A model generated the notes under the pieces. That model saw only the letters and a program-made list of their open reading frames with translations, searched no databases and was not told the DNA's origin. Position numbers and translations under genes: made by a program. A stretch of 63,102 nucleotides of DNA, filler included, from Cercozoa sp. M6MM (taxonomy: Eukaryota > Protista > Endomyxa: Ascetosporea), in NCBI GenBank assembly GCA_040357565.1. It is 11 parts of 11 records of this genome, joined end to end, with 100 filler letters (N's around TTAATTAATTAA, not from the genome) between each part and the next. Parts side by side here need not be neighbours in the genome. Positions count along the whole stretch, not along the records: positions 1 to 3,065 come from JBDODJ010001625.1; positions 3,166 to 8,594 come from JBDODJ010000910.1; positions 8,695 to 14,668 come from JBDODJ010000818.1; 8 more parts are not named here. One strand, 5' to 3'. How positions within the stretch are numbered: position 1 is the first letter of the stretch; each line of letters starts with the position of its first letter. Below, one piece after another: positions 1 to 12,374 of this stretch.

Positions 1-8
1 GGGGGGGG

Positions 9-1288
9 CAGTGTACCCGCATGGCCTCGTCGTCCCGCAGCGCCAGTCGACAGAGTAGTGGCGACGCGTTCTGCGAGACGTCGTGTGCCACCAGTCGCAT
101 CTGCACAGGCACAAGAATACAGAGGTACAGGGATAGGGGACAGGGAAAGGGGGTAGGAATATAGGGGAAAAAGGCCCTACCTGTGTAGCAAGAGCCACCG
201 AGGCCACGAAGCGTGTGGCGGCCACAAAGCCCCGTCGTCGCAGTAGCAGTGCCTCGAGTCGCCGCGTCAGCTGACGCAGTTGCTAAGGGGGCAAGGGTAG
301 GGGTATGGGGTAGGGAGGGTAGGTGGTAGGGTAGGGGTAGGTGGGGTAGGTGGTAGGGTAGGGGTAGGGGGTGGTAACGGGAGGGGTGAAGGCAGGGACA
401 CCTGTGCCGACAGTGCCGAGGCAGCGGCGGTCAGTTTGACCTCGTGGAGTAGCCATCTGGCCTCGCTCACCGTGCCTGTCAGCGACGTCGACTCCTCGAC
501 CTGAACATGACACGTGCCACACACACACTCTCTCTCTCTCTCTCAGTGTGACCACTGGTAGTGACCACTGACTGGCGGATTGAAAAGGTACCCGACCGAC
601 GCGTTCGCGCAGGAAGGCGCGTCGCACCATGCGCAGCACCAGCGCCAGCGCAAAGCCCGGTCCCTCCAGCCACAGCACCGACTCGGCATCGACTCGCATG
701 GCAACGGTCGGCTACGACACTCGGGTATGCACAAGGCGTATGTACCAACAGACGGTCTGTATGGACAACCCCCTCAGTGAGGTGGGTGATACCGGTAGAT
801 GTGTGGCATCACGGAGTGCACACAGCTGCGTCACACTGCGCGCATTTGCGAGGGCACGTGTGTCGCTCCGCGCGGAGTTAGTGTCACCGACACCATCATC
901 GACACCGTCACCGGCATCGTCGTCCAGAGGCACAGGCGGCAGCGGGTTTAACAGGTACCTGCGGACACACATGCACACACGTGCACACTGAGCCAGGAGA
1001 AACGTCAGTTTGTTAGTGGGGTCAGAAGTACCTGCCGCCGTGTGCCTGCACATGTGCAGCACGTGCGACGTCCCAGGCGGCCGAGCCACTCGTACACAAC
1101 TACACACACAAACACAAACAAACGGTACCGGGTCAACAGGAACTACAGGCGCCAGGGTCAGTGGACACATACGTAGGCCGTAAGTCGATCGAAAAAGACA
1201 CTCGCTTCGGCGACGCGACGCGAGCGCGCACCTGTCGTCGTATAGCACCATATCAACATATATATATATATATACAGACAATCAATCG

Positions 1289-1329
<41 letters not shown>

Positions 1330-1969
1330 GAATAAATACAAATATGTAGATACATAGATATACAGTGTACCAAGCACGCGCATGACATCGCTCATGGCAC
1401 TCAATTTCGGCAGCGCAGTTACTGTCCTGTCCTCAGAAAGTAACGCTAGATAAAGACGGGAGGAAGAAGAAGGATAACAGAACAAAAAACAAGGGATGGC
1501 GTGTACCACTGCAGTGCAGCGTAGAGTCGCAGCAGACGCTTGCGCGAGACGTCCAGTGCTACGAACAGTCGACGTCGCCGCTTCCTGCAACACACAAACA
1601 CACACACACACCAACCATTCGTGAGTTCACATATGTGCATTCATCAGACACAAATAGCTACACTGGGTCGGTTTCATCCTCTGCGAGCACGGCATCCAAG
1701 GCTCCTGTCAATAGTCAGATCGTGTACCTCACACATCGTAAAAAACAAGTACTTGCATTAGCCTGCAATGTTCGCTCAGTCAGGATCGAAACTGGCGTGC
1801 ACTGATGATACGAAGCGAATTATGATATATTTTGAAACAGCTGCGCTGCACAGAGGACACGAAAGAAAAGACGTCTTGCAAACCCAAGAAAAAAACGCAC
1901 CTCATTGAGCCATGCCTCAGAAGGACGTGGGGGTATAGCCTCAAGCGGCAATGGCAATCGCGCTTGCAT
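9..1969 (-). CDS. Multi-exon hypothetical protein, 3' end cut by window edge
   Basis: GC-rich open segments flanked by GT/AG on the minus strand (e.g. RYLLNPLPPVPLDDD..., VQVEESTSLTGTVSEARWLLHEVKL), separated by repeat-filled introns. Start ATG 1969 is tentative. No recognised domain. Confidence 0.5.
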
Positions 1970-2356
1970 TGCAGCTGCACACTTGTGCGCACGTCAATGC
2001 TGCTAATCGTATCAACAACGTCCTGTATTGAATACTGTAGAGGCTGGCGGGAAAGCCCGGCTTCAGTTGAAAGAACTTAGCTACGATGTGTCGAAACTAG
2101 CATGTGTATGTTACGGCATATGTTTATACCGTAACACGTACGACGGAGTTGTTAACCAAATAATTTACAAACCTAACTGCACGTGCCCTCACGGCAGCCG
2201 AGACGAAGCGCGTCCGATGTATGATACGAAAACGACAAGATACTCGGTTATGAAACGAGTGGGTCAAACGAGTTGCCACTGATCGTGTAGTACATGCCTA
2301 TGCACACGTACACAAAACAGATACCAAATTGGCAGAAAAGGCTGGGGGAGAAAGCT

Positions 2357-2975
2357 ACCCAGTGAGCTGATGCGATCCCACGCTGGAGGCGACTGCTGGC
2401 GCGTCTGCAGCGTCGGCGCTTGCATCTGCGCGAGCGACGACGACGATGATGAGGAGGAGGCGTAGTCATCCAGAGCATCACGCAGCGGCGTTGAGTCGAG
2501 TTCGACAGGTGGCAGCAACGAGACGTTGTCGCTGATGTCGCACAGTGTGTCCACAATTGACAGTAGGCCCGAGTCCTCGAGGGACACGGTGTCAACGTTG
2601 TGCAGCGACGCGTAGTCGCTGCTGCAGTGGTGGTTCGGGGCAGGGCTCGCCAGCAGGAACGACGACGGACTCACGTGCTGCTGTTGCTGTTGCTGCTGCT
2701 GTTGCTGTTGCTGCTGCGCCCACGACTGCTGCGGCACTCGTGCAGTTGGCACTGAGCGTAATATCGCCATTGTCGGCTGCTGCGACTGAGGCGCAGTGTG
2801 TGAGGCACTCGAGCTGGCGCTGGTGCCGCTGCCGCCGCTGCAAGGCGACGCAATCACCGTGCCCATCACCGTGTCCGCGGCACTGGCCGTTGGACTGTGA
2901 CAGTAACCTGCGCTGCCGTCGAGGCCACTTGGAGCGATGTGGAAGCGCACCGCACTGCTTGGGTTGCTGTCTTTG
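2357..2975 (-). CDS. Low-complexity Ser/Gln-rich exon of a gene truncated at the contig end
   Basis: Open frame with poly-Q and poly-S following a (GT)n intron ending in AG. Confidence 0.4.
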
Positions 2976-3014
2976 ACTACACACACACACACACATGCAC
3001 ATGCACATGCACAT

Positions 3015-3065
<51 letters not shown>

Positions 3066-3165
3066 NNNNNNNNNNNNNNNNNNNNNNNNNNNNNNNNNNN
3101 NNNNNNNNNTTAATTAATTAANNNNNNNNNNNNNNNNNNNNNNNNNNNNNNNNNNNNNNNNNNNN
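3066..3165. other. Artificial contig linker (also 8595-8694, 14669-14768, 18244-18343, 37282-37381, 42430-42529, 46631-46730, 52026-52125, 55556-55655, 61972-62071)
   Basis: Identical N44-TTAATTAATTAA-N44 blocks with stops in all six frames. Confidence 0.98.
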
Positions 3166-3265
3166 GGGGGTAAATAGAGGTAAATAGGGAAAGAACAAAG
3201 GGGTAAACAGAGGGGTGAATAGAGGTAAACAGAGGGGTAAATAGGAGGGTAACAAGGGGTAAACA

Positions 3266-6200
3266 CCTCACTGTCCTCCAGGTGCTCGCTGAGCAGCAGC
3301 AGCGCCGCGTGCGTCCACACGTGTCCGACGACGAAGCGCGAGATCGACAGCGATCGCTTGCCCTCCAGCAGCAGCACGGCCGCACCCTGACACACACGCG
3401 TCCGCGCGGATTACACAAAAAGAAACAAAGACAAAAACAAAAAAATCGGTACCGCTGAGAAACCGCGTTGTTTCAACGAGTCGCACACTGCGCTGAGTTT
3501 GTCCGATGTCTGTTTTGTGTTAAAGGTGCGATAACTGGTTAATTAAGGGTGCAACAATTTTGGTTAAAGGGGCAGGACACTACATTCTGAGCCGAATGAC
3601 GCGTGTCAACGCCAAAGAAGCGCAAAAAAGCGTCGACGTCGCTCCAGAAACTCTCGTCGTCGGGAGTGCCCGACAACAGGCGACACAGCGTCTGTACACA
3701 CGGACGGTACATATGTACATATGGACAGTACCAGTACATATGGACAGTACAGATGGACAGTACAGATGGACAGTACATATGGACAGTACATAAAGACTAA
3801 GTGGTACAGACAGTGAACAGTGTTGTACCGACCAGTTGACATTCAGCAACTCTTCCTGACCGATCACTTCGAGTGCGCGCTTTCGCGATCTGGGGAGGGG
3901 GTAGGGGGGGGGGTAAATAGGGGTAAATAGGGGGTCAAGAGGGGAGGTCAACAGGGGGTAAACAAGGGGGTCAAGGGGGCTAATACTCCATCAGCAGCGT
4001 CCACAACGACTGCGGCAGAATCGGCGCACGCGCCAACAACTGCAGAAACGTCGCGTTGAACGGCGCCATGTGGTGCGTCCCTACCCAGGTGATTAAGGGT
4101 TAAGGAGGGAGGGAATAAAGGGGGTAAAGGGGGGTGAAACTACAGTCGATGGCTTCGTTGGCACTCAAAGTGCCAAACATTGTTTTCTCCATTCGCTCCG
4201 CCAAGCAGCGCATCGCTTCGGCCAGACTGCGATTTTCCAAGCACACATACCCCTCTCAATCACTTCAAAGCTCTTCAAAGCAAAGCTATTTCGAGGCAAA
4301 TCAAAGCCATTTCAACCAAATCAAAGTGACTTCAAAACAAAGCAAAGCTATTTCGAGGCAAAGCAAATTCAAGCAAAGCTATTTAAGCGATGTCGAGGTA
4401 AAGCAAAGCTATTGAGGCGAAACTCACATCGAGGCAGCCGCGAAAGCACCGACGTCGCCGACGCTGAGTCGAAAAAGCAAGAGCAAACCGTAAGCTTCAA
4501 CTGTAGAGGAGAGGAAAGCGTCGCTTTCTACCGAAGCAAACACTCGATCTGATTCGTGAACTGACGCGCCGCTTTCTGCGACACCAAAAAACAACAACAA
4601 CTCTGACACAGAGAAACACAACAGAGCCGAGCGGAGCGTTTCTCGTACACTCGTGGACGGACTGCGGTTCGGCCGGAATGCGCGCGGAGTGATCTTGCTG
4701 CGTACACACAAAACATCGACGACGACAAGAACAACAAGAACAAGAAACAACAACTAAAACACACAAATAAAAAAAACACAACAAAAAACAACAACAACTA
4801 AAAACAACAACAACGAAAAACAACAACAAAAAACAACAAAAACAACAAAATCAACAAACAACAAAATCAACAAAAAGGAACAAACAACAAAAAACAAAAA
4901 GCATCACAACAAAAACATGGAACAAAAGAAAAAAACAACAAAAGCCCCTACAAAAACAACAAAAAGGAAACAACAAAAAGCTACGTGATTTTGCTGCGCG
5001 TGTCGCGTTCGAGTTCGTCGAGCATGGCGTTGATCAGCACCGACACGGTGCCTTGCCGCGTCGTCAGCTGATCCTGCGGTAAAGAGGGGGTAAAGAGGGG
5101 GTAAAGAGGGGGGTAAAGAGGGGGAAAGAGGGGGGTAAAGAGGGGTAAAGAGGGGGGTAAAGAGGGNNNNNNNNNNNNNNNNNNNNNNNNNNNNNNNNNN
5201 NNNNNNNNNNNNNNNNNNNNNNNNNNNNNNNNNNNNNNNNNNNNNNNNNNNNNNNNNNNNNNNNNNAAAAGTACAAACTGAGCCAAATTCTCTCTCGGTG
5301 CGAAAGTCGACGCCACGAATTTGTGCACCTCGTTCAGCAGACTCGCTGTGTGAAGGGGGTACAAAAGAGGGGGGTACAAAAGGAAGGGGGTAAAAAGGGG
5401 GGTAAAACTACGATCGGTGCCTGCGAGATCCAGGCAGAACTGCACGAGATCAGCGTGCGATTTGCCGAGCAAGCGCTGCTCGAGATCGCTCGCGAAGCAA
5501 ACGGGCGCTTCGGCGCCGTTTTCGATTGCTTCGAGAATAGCTTCGCTTTGAGTCGAGGTGCTTTCCCTCTGTTTCGCCGCGCTTTCGCTCTGTGTCACCG
5601 CGCTTTCGCTCTGTTTCGCCGTGCTTTCGCTTTGTTGCGCGCTTTCGATCAGCTTTGTGTCGATTTCGCCGTGTTTCGCGTCGATTTCGCCGTTTTCCGC
5701 AGTAGCTTCGCCGTTTTCCGCAGTAACTTCGCCAAATTTCGCAGTAGCTTCGCCAGATTTCGCAGGAGTTTCGGGAAGCTCGGCGTGGATTTCGGACGGT
5801 TTCGGCGTAGTTTCGGCAGTTTCGCGCGTGCTTTCGCCGAAGCGTGTGGGTGTGAAATTGTGGTGAGCAGGAGTGGGCGTGGGTGTAGGAGAGGCAGAGG
5901 CGGCAGAGGGAGAGGCGGCAGGAGTGACGTCGGGCAGGTCGAGGTGTGCCACCGAGGTAGGCAGCAGCGTGGCCAGAAAGACGAGCAGCACGGCCAGGTC
6001 GGCCGCGTTGAGCAGCAGTCCGTGCGACTCGAGCGCCGCGTGCACGTCGCCGGCGACGTCACTGCGCGTCAAACGCGGCGTCAGATTGGCCACGAAGCGC
6101 ACCTCGCGCAGTGTACTCGCACTGGGATCTACATCACTACCCTCCGCGCGGATGTCGCCCTCTGACCCTGCATGTGACCCGTGGTGGTGTGGCCCGTGGT

Positions 6201-6588
6201 ACACGGCATGCAGCAGCAGACGCACATGCTCGCACTGATTGACGCGAGCCGACACCACGAGTGCTTCGACTCGCTGCGACTCCTGTTTCGGCTCAGATTG
6301 AGTCTCTGGTTCTTCCGGCTCATCGCACATGGCATCAGAGTCGGAGCCAGAGCCGGAGTTGGAGTCGGAGTCGAGTGGCCGCACGAAGAGCTGCGACACG
6401 CAGCGAGTCGACACCAGGCGGCACGCTTTCTGCAGCGACTGACGCGACGCCAGACTCTGCAGCGTCGCACGTGTCACGGCAACGCCTCTGTGACAAGCTT
6501 CGCTCGGCTGCAGCGCCGCCAGTGAGCCTACCTGGCGCGACAAGGCGCCCTGCTCGCGCAGCAGCTCGTACAGCGCACGAGACGCCAT
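3266..6588 (-). CDS. Multi-exon hypothetical protein with a 7-aa repeat region, 3' truncated
   Basis: Long ORF 4981-6618 (MASRALYELLREQ...) plus downstream GT-AG bounded exons (SRKRALEVIGQEELL, TLCRLLSGTPDDESFW, GAAVLLLEGKRS). 21-nt repeats at ~5545-5830. Confidence 0.55.
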
Positions 6589-6871
6589 TGCTGTTTCACT
6601 CTCGCGTTTCTCTCCCACGGCCGCTGTGCGAAACTCAGACTACCAAACTGGCACTCTGTACACTACTGGGCCCTGTATGCGCTTGATTGCGGTGTCTCTC
6701 ACGCTGGGCCGCTCCTGTCTCTCAGCAAAGAACGCCTTTCTTTCTGATTAAACAAAATGATCGCTCCTTCTCTTGCTATTGCTTGCAATTCTTGCCTCCA
6801 CACGTGTGTTACTACCACTTTGACTTCATTTAGATTACTTTTCTGCCGCAGAGAACTGAAAGAACGGCGCC

Positions 6872-7166
6872 ATGCTGTTTCTTGGCCTTCGGATCTTGGT
6901 CGCTTGCGTGATCCTTGCAGTCTTCCTCGCGCTTTGTACGATCGCTGTTGTTTCAGGTCAGACTGTCGCTGAAACTGAGTTGTGTCACAGTCTGGTACAG
7001 CGTGTGGCACCTCTTCCTCAAGCGCTATCGCATCTTTCGGGAGCTGTTTGGGGTGCCTGGTGCCGATACACCTCCTCGCTCGCGCTCGCCCGTCGCCGAA
7101 GAAAAGACTCGTCGCGATCGGTTCAAAACTGACGACAGGAGAAAGGCCAAGCTGAAGGCTAAGTAG
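6872..7166 (+). CDS. SMIM13: Small integral membrane protein 13-like (DUF4750)
   Basis: Removing intron 6936-6990 gives MLFLGLRILVACVILAVFLALFWYSVWHLFLKRYRIFRELFG..., matching the SMIM13 WYxVWHLFLxKF..RELxG motif. Confidence 0.75.
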
Positions 7167-7242
7167 CCCTCCCGGTTTTCAGTCCAGCAGTTAGTTTTAT
7201 CCGTGCTGGTGCAGGGTGAAACATCCAACTCTAAACTTAAGG

Positions 7243-7555
7243 GATTGAAGACGACTAAATAAAGGAAGTAAAACGTCAGTTAGAATCGCGTCGATGCGGA
7301 CGAGTAGAAGACATACCCTGTAGAAAAGCTCGAAGGCTGTTGATGGCAATTAGTAACGTATCAGGTGCAAAGGGACCCGAGCTCTGTAGAAGGAAGCTGG
7401 AGATACCTGCAGTCAAGAGCTGTAATTAAACTTAGAAAGCTTGACCCAAGCTAACAATTCCTTCACTATCGACCATACTAGTTTAGATTTGATCGTCTGC
7501 TGACGAGCAGTCAGATGACAACTTGGCTGGTTGAGAAACGCTATGCTGTAACATA
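7243..7555 (+). mobile_element. Dispersed repeat family B, copy 1
   Basis: Aligns with the reverse complement of 11738-12060 (gactaaataaaggaagtaaa..., agaaagcttgaccc..., ctgacgag.agtcagatgaca) and with 62730-62960. Confidence 0.8.
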
Positions 7556-7757
7556 TACAACGACAACTTCCCCATACGCATATACATGGCGTGGACGTGG
7601 CCAGCGCTCGCCAACAGATGCTGACCCAATGTTATTTCTGCCCAGTGCTCTCTGCACTGGGACATCCGGGACCGCGCGGACGAGAAACGTAGGGGCGGAC
7701 GAGGTACGTAGGCATACGACAAATTAGTTGAGAATATTAATGGCTCAACTGAGTAAT

Positions 7758-8590
7758 TTACAGCAGTAAATTTACTGTATCTAGTCTTGCTGTTCGGCGT
7801 GCACGTCTACTGTGCGTGACTACGTGACGGCTGCATGGGAACTGTAACTTTGGCAAGCTTGACAGTCTTGACTGCGGCGCACAGCTCGGTCGACCGTGAC
7901 AAGAGCACATGCAGACGATTTCATGGCGGGGTGTTGTGTTGGGTGGCACCCCGTGTCACTGGCGCACCCACCAACAACCGCCACACCCCAGCCTTGCCCT
8001 CTCAACACGAGAGCGAAGGCGAGATGAGGCGGCAGGATGCGACACAGCAGGCAGAGGGAGTGCACACACACACACACCCACTGCCGAACTCCCGTCCCTA
8101 AGCGGCTCGCGCGAGGAGCTCAAGTGCTGTATACATAGACACACTTTGTGCCGCACACACACACAGACCACAAGATAGACAGTACCTTGTAGTTGGTTTG
8201 ATGTGGCGACATGGGGCATCTCAAAGGTTCGTCGCCTGAACAAAAGCGCACGTGCATTCTCCATTAATCGGTCATATTTGCGCAAGTGATGAACGCGAGG
8301 TACAAGCGTACATATAAGACTGCAATGCAGCGAAGCACAAAGCACCGGCGTCGTTAAGGAGTGGCCAGAAAGGCGAGCGCCAGCACGTGCAGCAGCGCCA
8401 CCTGCGCGCGGTCTCCTTGGTCTCTTGCCGTTTCCTTTCTTTGTTATCTTGCCCCCGCCTTTGTCCCGCGATACCTTCAAGGTATGTCTTTCTGTCTGGC
8501 TGGACTAATTTACAAGACATGCATGTTGGCACAGCAGAGCAGCGCACTTTGAAAAAAGCGAGCTACTGTAGAGTGTGTCGTGGTGTTCGT
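7758..8590 (-). CDS. 3' part of a basic hypothetical protein
   Basis: Exon-like segments KVSRDKGGGKITKK, VHHLRKYDRLMENAR etc. bounded by GT/AG; stop at 7758. Confidence 0.4.
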
Positions 8591-8694
8591 CGCANNNNNN
8601 NNNNNNNNNNNNNNNNNNNNNNNNNNNNNNNNNNNNNNTTAATTAATTAANNNNNNNNNNNNNNNNNNNNNNNNNNNNNNNNNNNNNNNNNNNN

Positions 8695-8758
8695 GACTGG
8701 TGCAGGGGAACTACATAGTTGGTTTCTTAGAAGACTCAACTCACTATCTAACTAACTA
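8695..8758 (+). mobile_element. Family A LINE 3' end
   Basis: gactggtgcaggggaactacatagttggtttcttagaagactcaact...aactaact. Confidence 0.85.
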
Positions 8759-8894
8759 GTCAGCCCGTCAACGCAAGCTAATACCAGTGGTTCAGGCTAC
8801 GCTACTATCGACGGATGGTACACGACAGTGTCTTTGAGCGACGACGCAGTGTCTAGCTGGCAGGCGTAGGTTGCATCGAACATGTGAAGCTAAG

Positions 8895-10562
8895 CTAGCT
8901 TGCGCACGAATGGATCATGCGCAGGCAGTCGGAGATAGCAATCACCCCAAGAGGAGTCATGTCTTGAGTCACTGCATATGCGTGGTGTAACAACACGCTT
9001 TGGATAACTAAGCGCACAAGTAATGGTGCGTACACTACCGTAGACACGATGCATGCCGGTGCGCACAAGGACATCCACGACCTGTGCACAGAACATAGAA
9101 TTTGAGCAATGTACGGAAGTGTCGCAAGGTGCGACTGTCCATCACGCCTACCTTACGAATGGAGTCGCTGCAGCGCACTGAAATCACAGGCGCACGAATC
9201 GGCGCCGCCGGATCTTCGTCTGCATCACTTTGCCGTACGCGAGCACTACGAACACTCTGACATACATCCATAGCACAAATGTAGGCGCTGTGTGCATACA
9301 GGAAGTCGAGCACAGGCGTGTAGAGCGACTCGTGACGACGCAGCCACAACTTGCTGTGCAATCACTCACGGGTCGTCACACACACAGACACACAGACACA
9401 CAGACACACGGTACAGATCGCGTGCGCTCATGGCGCCGACGAGCTTGCCTTGCGGGTCCACCACGGCCATGCCACTGGAAACACTGAAGTGTGCCTGCAG
9501 ATGCAGAGAAACAGACCTACCTGAGGTCGGTCTGGGCACACATGCGGAACAAGTCGATGGCGGGTGCGCGCTCGCCACATGCAAACACCGGGGCCGACAC
9601 AAGCACGGACTGCACGTGGCATTTCCTTCCAAACTTAGTACACTTGTGTACATTTGTAGTTTTTCATACCTTCTTACGGCGTGACATGTGATGTGCGTTG
9701 AACACAGCCTAACGTGAACAATGTACGACATGCAGCAACACTCGAACACATGTGGAAACAAAAAATGATACCTTGACAGGCAGATTCAGCAGCGATACCG
9801 GCGCCTTGGACATCACGAATTTAAGCAACACTGACTGCGAAATCACCTGCAAACACACATACTCACACATGCACGAACCACAATAACTGCTGCTCGGAAA
9901 ATATGAGAAGTACGCGAGTGACACGGCCGGTGGCACTGTTAATGACAGGGACACGATGAGCACCACGCGACAGCAGTTGCGCCACCTACACAACGTCTTT
10001 CAAGACAGCAAATTTGTGCCAAGGTATTACCTCCAGAAGATTGGTCTTTTCGGAGACGGGACGGAAGGCTACACGCATTATCAAAAAATGCAAATGCACA
10101 TTGTGACACGGAATATTCAGAAGTAAGCACAAAGGTACGATGCATGCGTGCAAGGTGCTCCACCGTGACAGTATGCTGTACGTACGCGCATTGTTGCAAA
10201 GTGGCAACAACAAAGATCGTGTGTAAGAGTAAATACCTCATCTGGCCACCTGGCAGCAGCGATCAGTTTTTCAATGTGCTTAGTGTCGTCCTATACATCC
10301 ACATCCAGGTACATTCACACCACGGCATTGTACGCCATTTACATGATGCGAGTGCAGGTGCTGCTGCTCTCGGCGTTCATCGTCGAGGTAGACAGCAAAC
10401 TTGATCAGCTCACGCACGTCCAGAATGCCAATGTAGTTGCCTACATAAAAAAGAAGCTCAACAGTCCCTGTGTCGACACGAGTGGAAGCATCCGTACCGT
10501 CGGCGGATCGGACAGGCGCCGAGCGCACCTTGTTGTCAATCAACTGCGCATATGTTCGGTGT

Positions 10563-10595
<33 letters not shown>

Positions 10596-10965
10596 TACGA
10601 GATTGAATGCAGAAAGGAGGTCGACTTCCATCGGCACCTCCACAACGTTCTGTAACCAAAACAGATTGCCCTAATGCTTGATACGTTGAGCACTACCACT
10701 GTACCTGTCCCTTGCAGATATCGGCACATTTGTGCTCTTTCTGTGCAGACACAACATGCATCAGCGTCATGTCATGCACGAGAATTCGATCCTTGACGGA
10801 CCAGAATCAGACAGGCAGCTGCAGAAAACTGGCGGATCTCGTCCGGCATGCTCACTACACATATACACACACATGCGTGTGTGTATGTCATACATTGTAA
10901 CACATGCGTTAAAGACCAACAATGCCTTCGGCGGCCCCCGATGACGACGCAGCGGAGTGGGACAT
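8895..10965 (-). CDS. CBS-domain protein (AMPK-gamma/SDS23-like)
   Basis: Spliced: MSHSAASS...MPDEIRQFSAAACLILKEHKCADICKGQNVVEVPMEVDLLSAFNLLIDNKVRSAPV...YIGILDVRELIKF...GMAVVDPQGKLVGAMSARDL...PLGVIAISDCLRMI. Repeated CBS motifs. Confidence 0.85.
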
Positions 10966-11737
10966 TTCAAAGATCGTTTTTTTGCAAACTATTCAGCTGT
11001 AAACCCACGGGAAATTTGTGTGACGTCACCACTACGACACTCTATTGTAGGCTACCACAGACTCGCCAGCTACTCTGCCCCAGTGTGCTATATGGAATCA
11101 GGATATCTTTTCTGAGCCAGCATGTCTGGGTCCGTTTGTACGTCGTACTGTCCTGCACAACTTCAGACTTAAAACTCAAGCACAGCAACTACCAGTACTA
11201 TGCTGGCGCTCAGTCCGAAGTCTTTTTTTAAAGCAGTACTTGTACCGGCCGTGCAAAAATCGCTGCCTATGTTACCCCCTTTACTGTTACGAAGCGGTAT
11301 TCTATCTGAGACCTGGTGCCCGCGGGAGAAAGTCACAAGTGGTGTATTGTGTTTGTCTGGTACCCTGACCTTTCGAGAGTGTTGCTCACCCTCCTTACCC
11401 TGTGCTTACTGATCATGACCTCGAAATAGCATAGATTGCTCCTTTCCAGAAGGTTTCTCTACTAACCAGGTAAAGCACCTCTCCAGGCTCCAGTCCTTAC
11501 ACTCACGCGTAATCCCTTGTTGTCATCCCAGCAACTGCCGAGCCTATCTTGGGGTAACTGCATCTGAACTGACTACGTCCACTGACTCAATGCTTCATGT
11601 CGATTTAATTTGTTTCTTTACTCTTTTTTCAGTCTACTTAGTGTTACAGACTGACTCATTATGCAGTCTCCGCGGGGATGAACCCAGACTGACCAGCTGG
11701 TCTACTATTGAAGTAAAAGAGAAAGAAGAGCTAAGAG

Positions 11738-12060
11738 TGTTAGTTACGGCATAGCGTTTCTCAAGCAAGTTGTCATCTGACTACTCGTCAGCGCGGAGAC
11801 TTCTTAGCTTGGGTCAAGCTTTCTACAGCTCACGCACTTTGACTGCAGGTATCTCTTCTCACGCTTCCTTTTACGGAGCTCTTGTCCCTTCGCACTTGAT
11901 ATGTTCCGCCGTGATAGTGCTTGGGCTGTTTTTTTTTTCAGTTGCCATCAACAAGCCTTCGAGCTTCCGACGACCGTTTCTACAAGGGTATGTCTTCTAA
12001 TCCTCCGCATCGACGCCATTCTAACTGACGCTTTACTTCCTTTATTTAGTCGTGTTCAAT
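11738..12060 (-). mobile_element. Dispersed repeat family B, copy 2
   Basis: Reverse complement aligns with 7243-7555. Confidence 0.8.
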
Positions 12061-12175
12061 ACCTTAGCTACTGGTTTCCATACCGTAGCAAGAGTTTGTG
12101 GCTCTGCGGTACTGCTGCCTACAGAGGTGTGACTGGACCTGTTTGAAAGCCTGTCCCCCTGTAACCGTCAGTAAC

Positions 12176-12235
12176 ACCCACCCCAGACTGGTGCAGGGGA
12201 ACTACATAGTTGGTTTCCTAGAAGACTCAACTAAC
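12176..12235 (+). mobile_element. Family A LINE, 5'-truncated, with 14-bp TSD
   Basis: Flanked by TAACCGTCAGTAAC at 12162-12175 and 12236-12249; (AACT)n tail. Confidence 0.92.
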
Positions 12236-12374
12236 TAACCGTCAGTAACGTAACATAAGAAACCAACTACGTAGTTTCCTGGACGGGAGAGACGATTTTG
12301 GTAATCTGAGCACAGTGGCATACGTAGGTCTGGAGCGATCAACAGCCAATTGGGTCCGATCAATCGCTAGCGGA

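Noticed and set aside
3066-3165. Recurring TTAATTAATTAA palindrome as a biological boundary motif
   Set aside because: Always centred in identical N padding, so it is an artificial six-frame-stop linker. Neighbouring contigs are not necessarily adjacent.
3692-3828. Short tandem arrays as CRISPR-like repeats
   Set aside because: No unique spacers; they are eukaryotic intronic minisatellites
5323-6165. 280-aa antisense ORF as an overlapping gene
   Set aside because: Explained by GC-rich, repetitive coding sequence on the opposite strand
10780-10850. In-frame TGA near the CBS gene start suggesting stop-codon reassignment or editing
   Set aside because: A canonical GTCCGT donor gives an open frame, and TGA, TAA and TAG all terminate well-supported genes here
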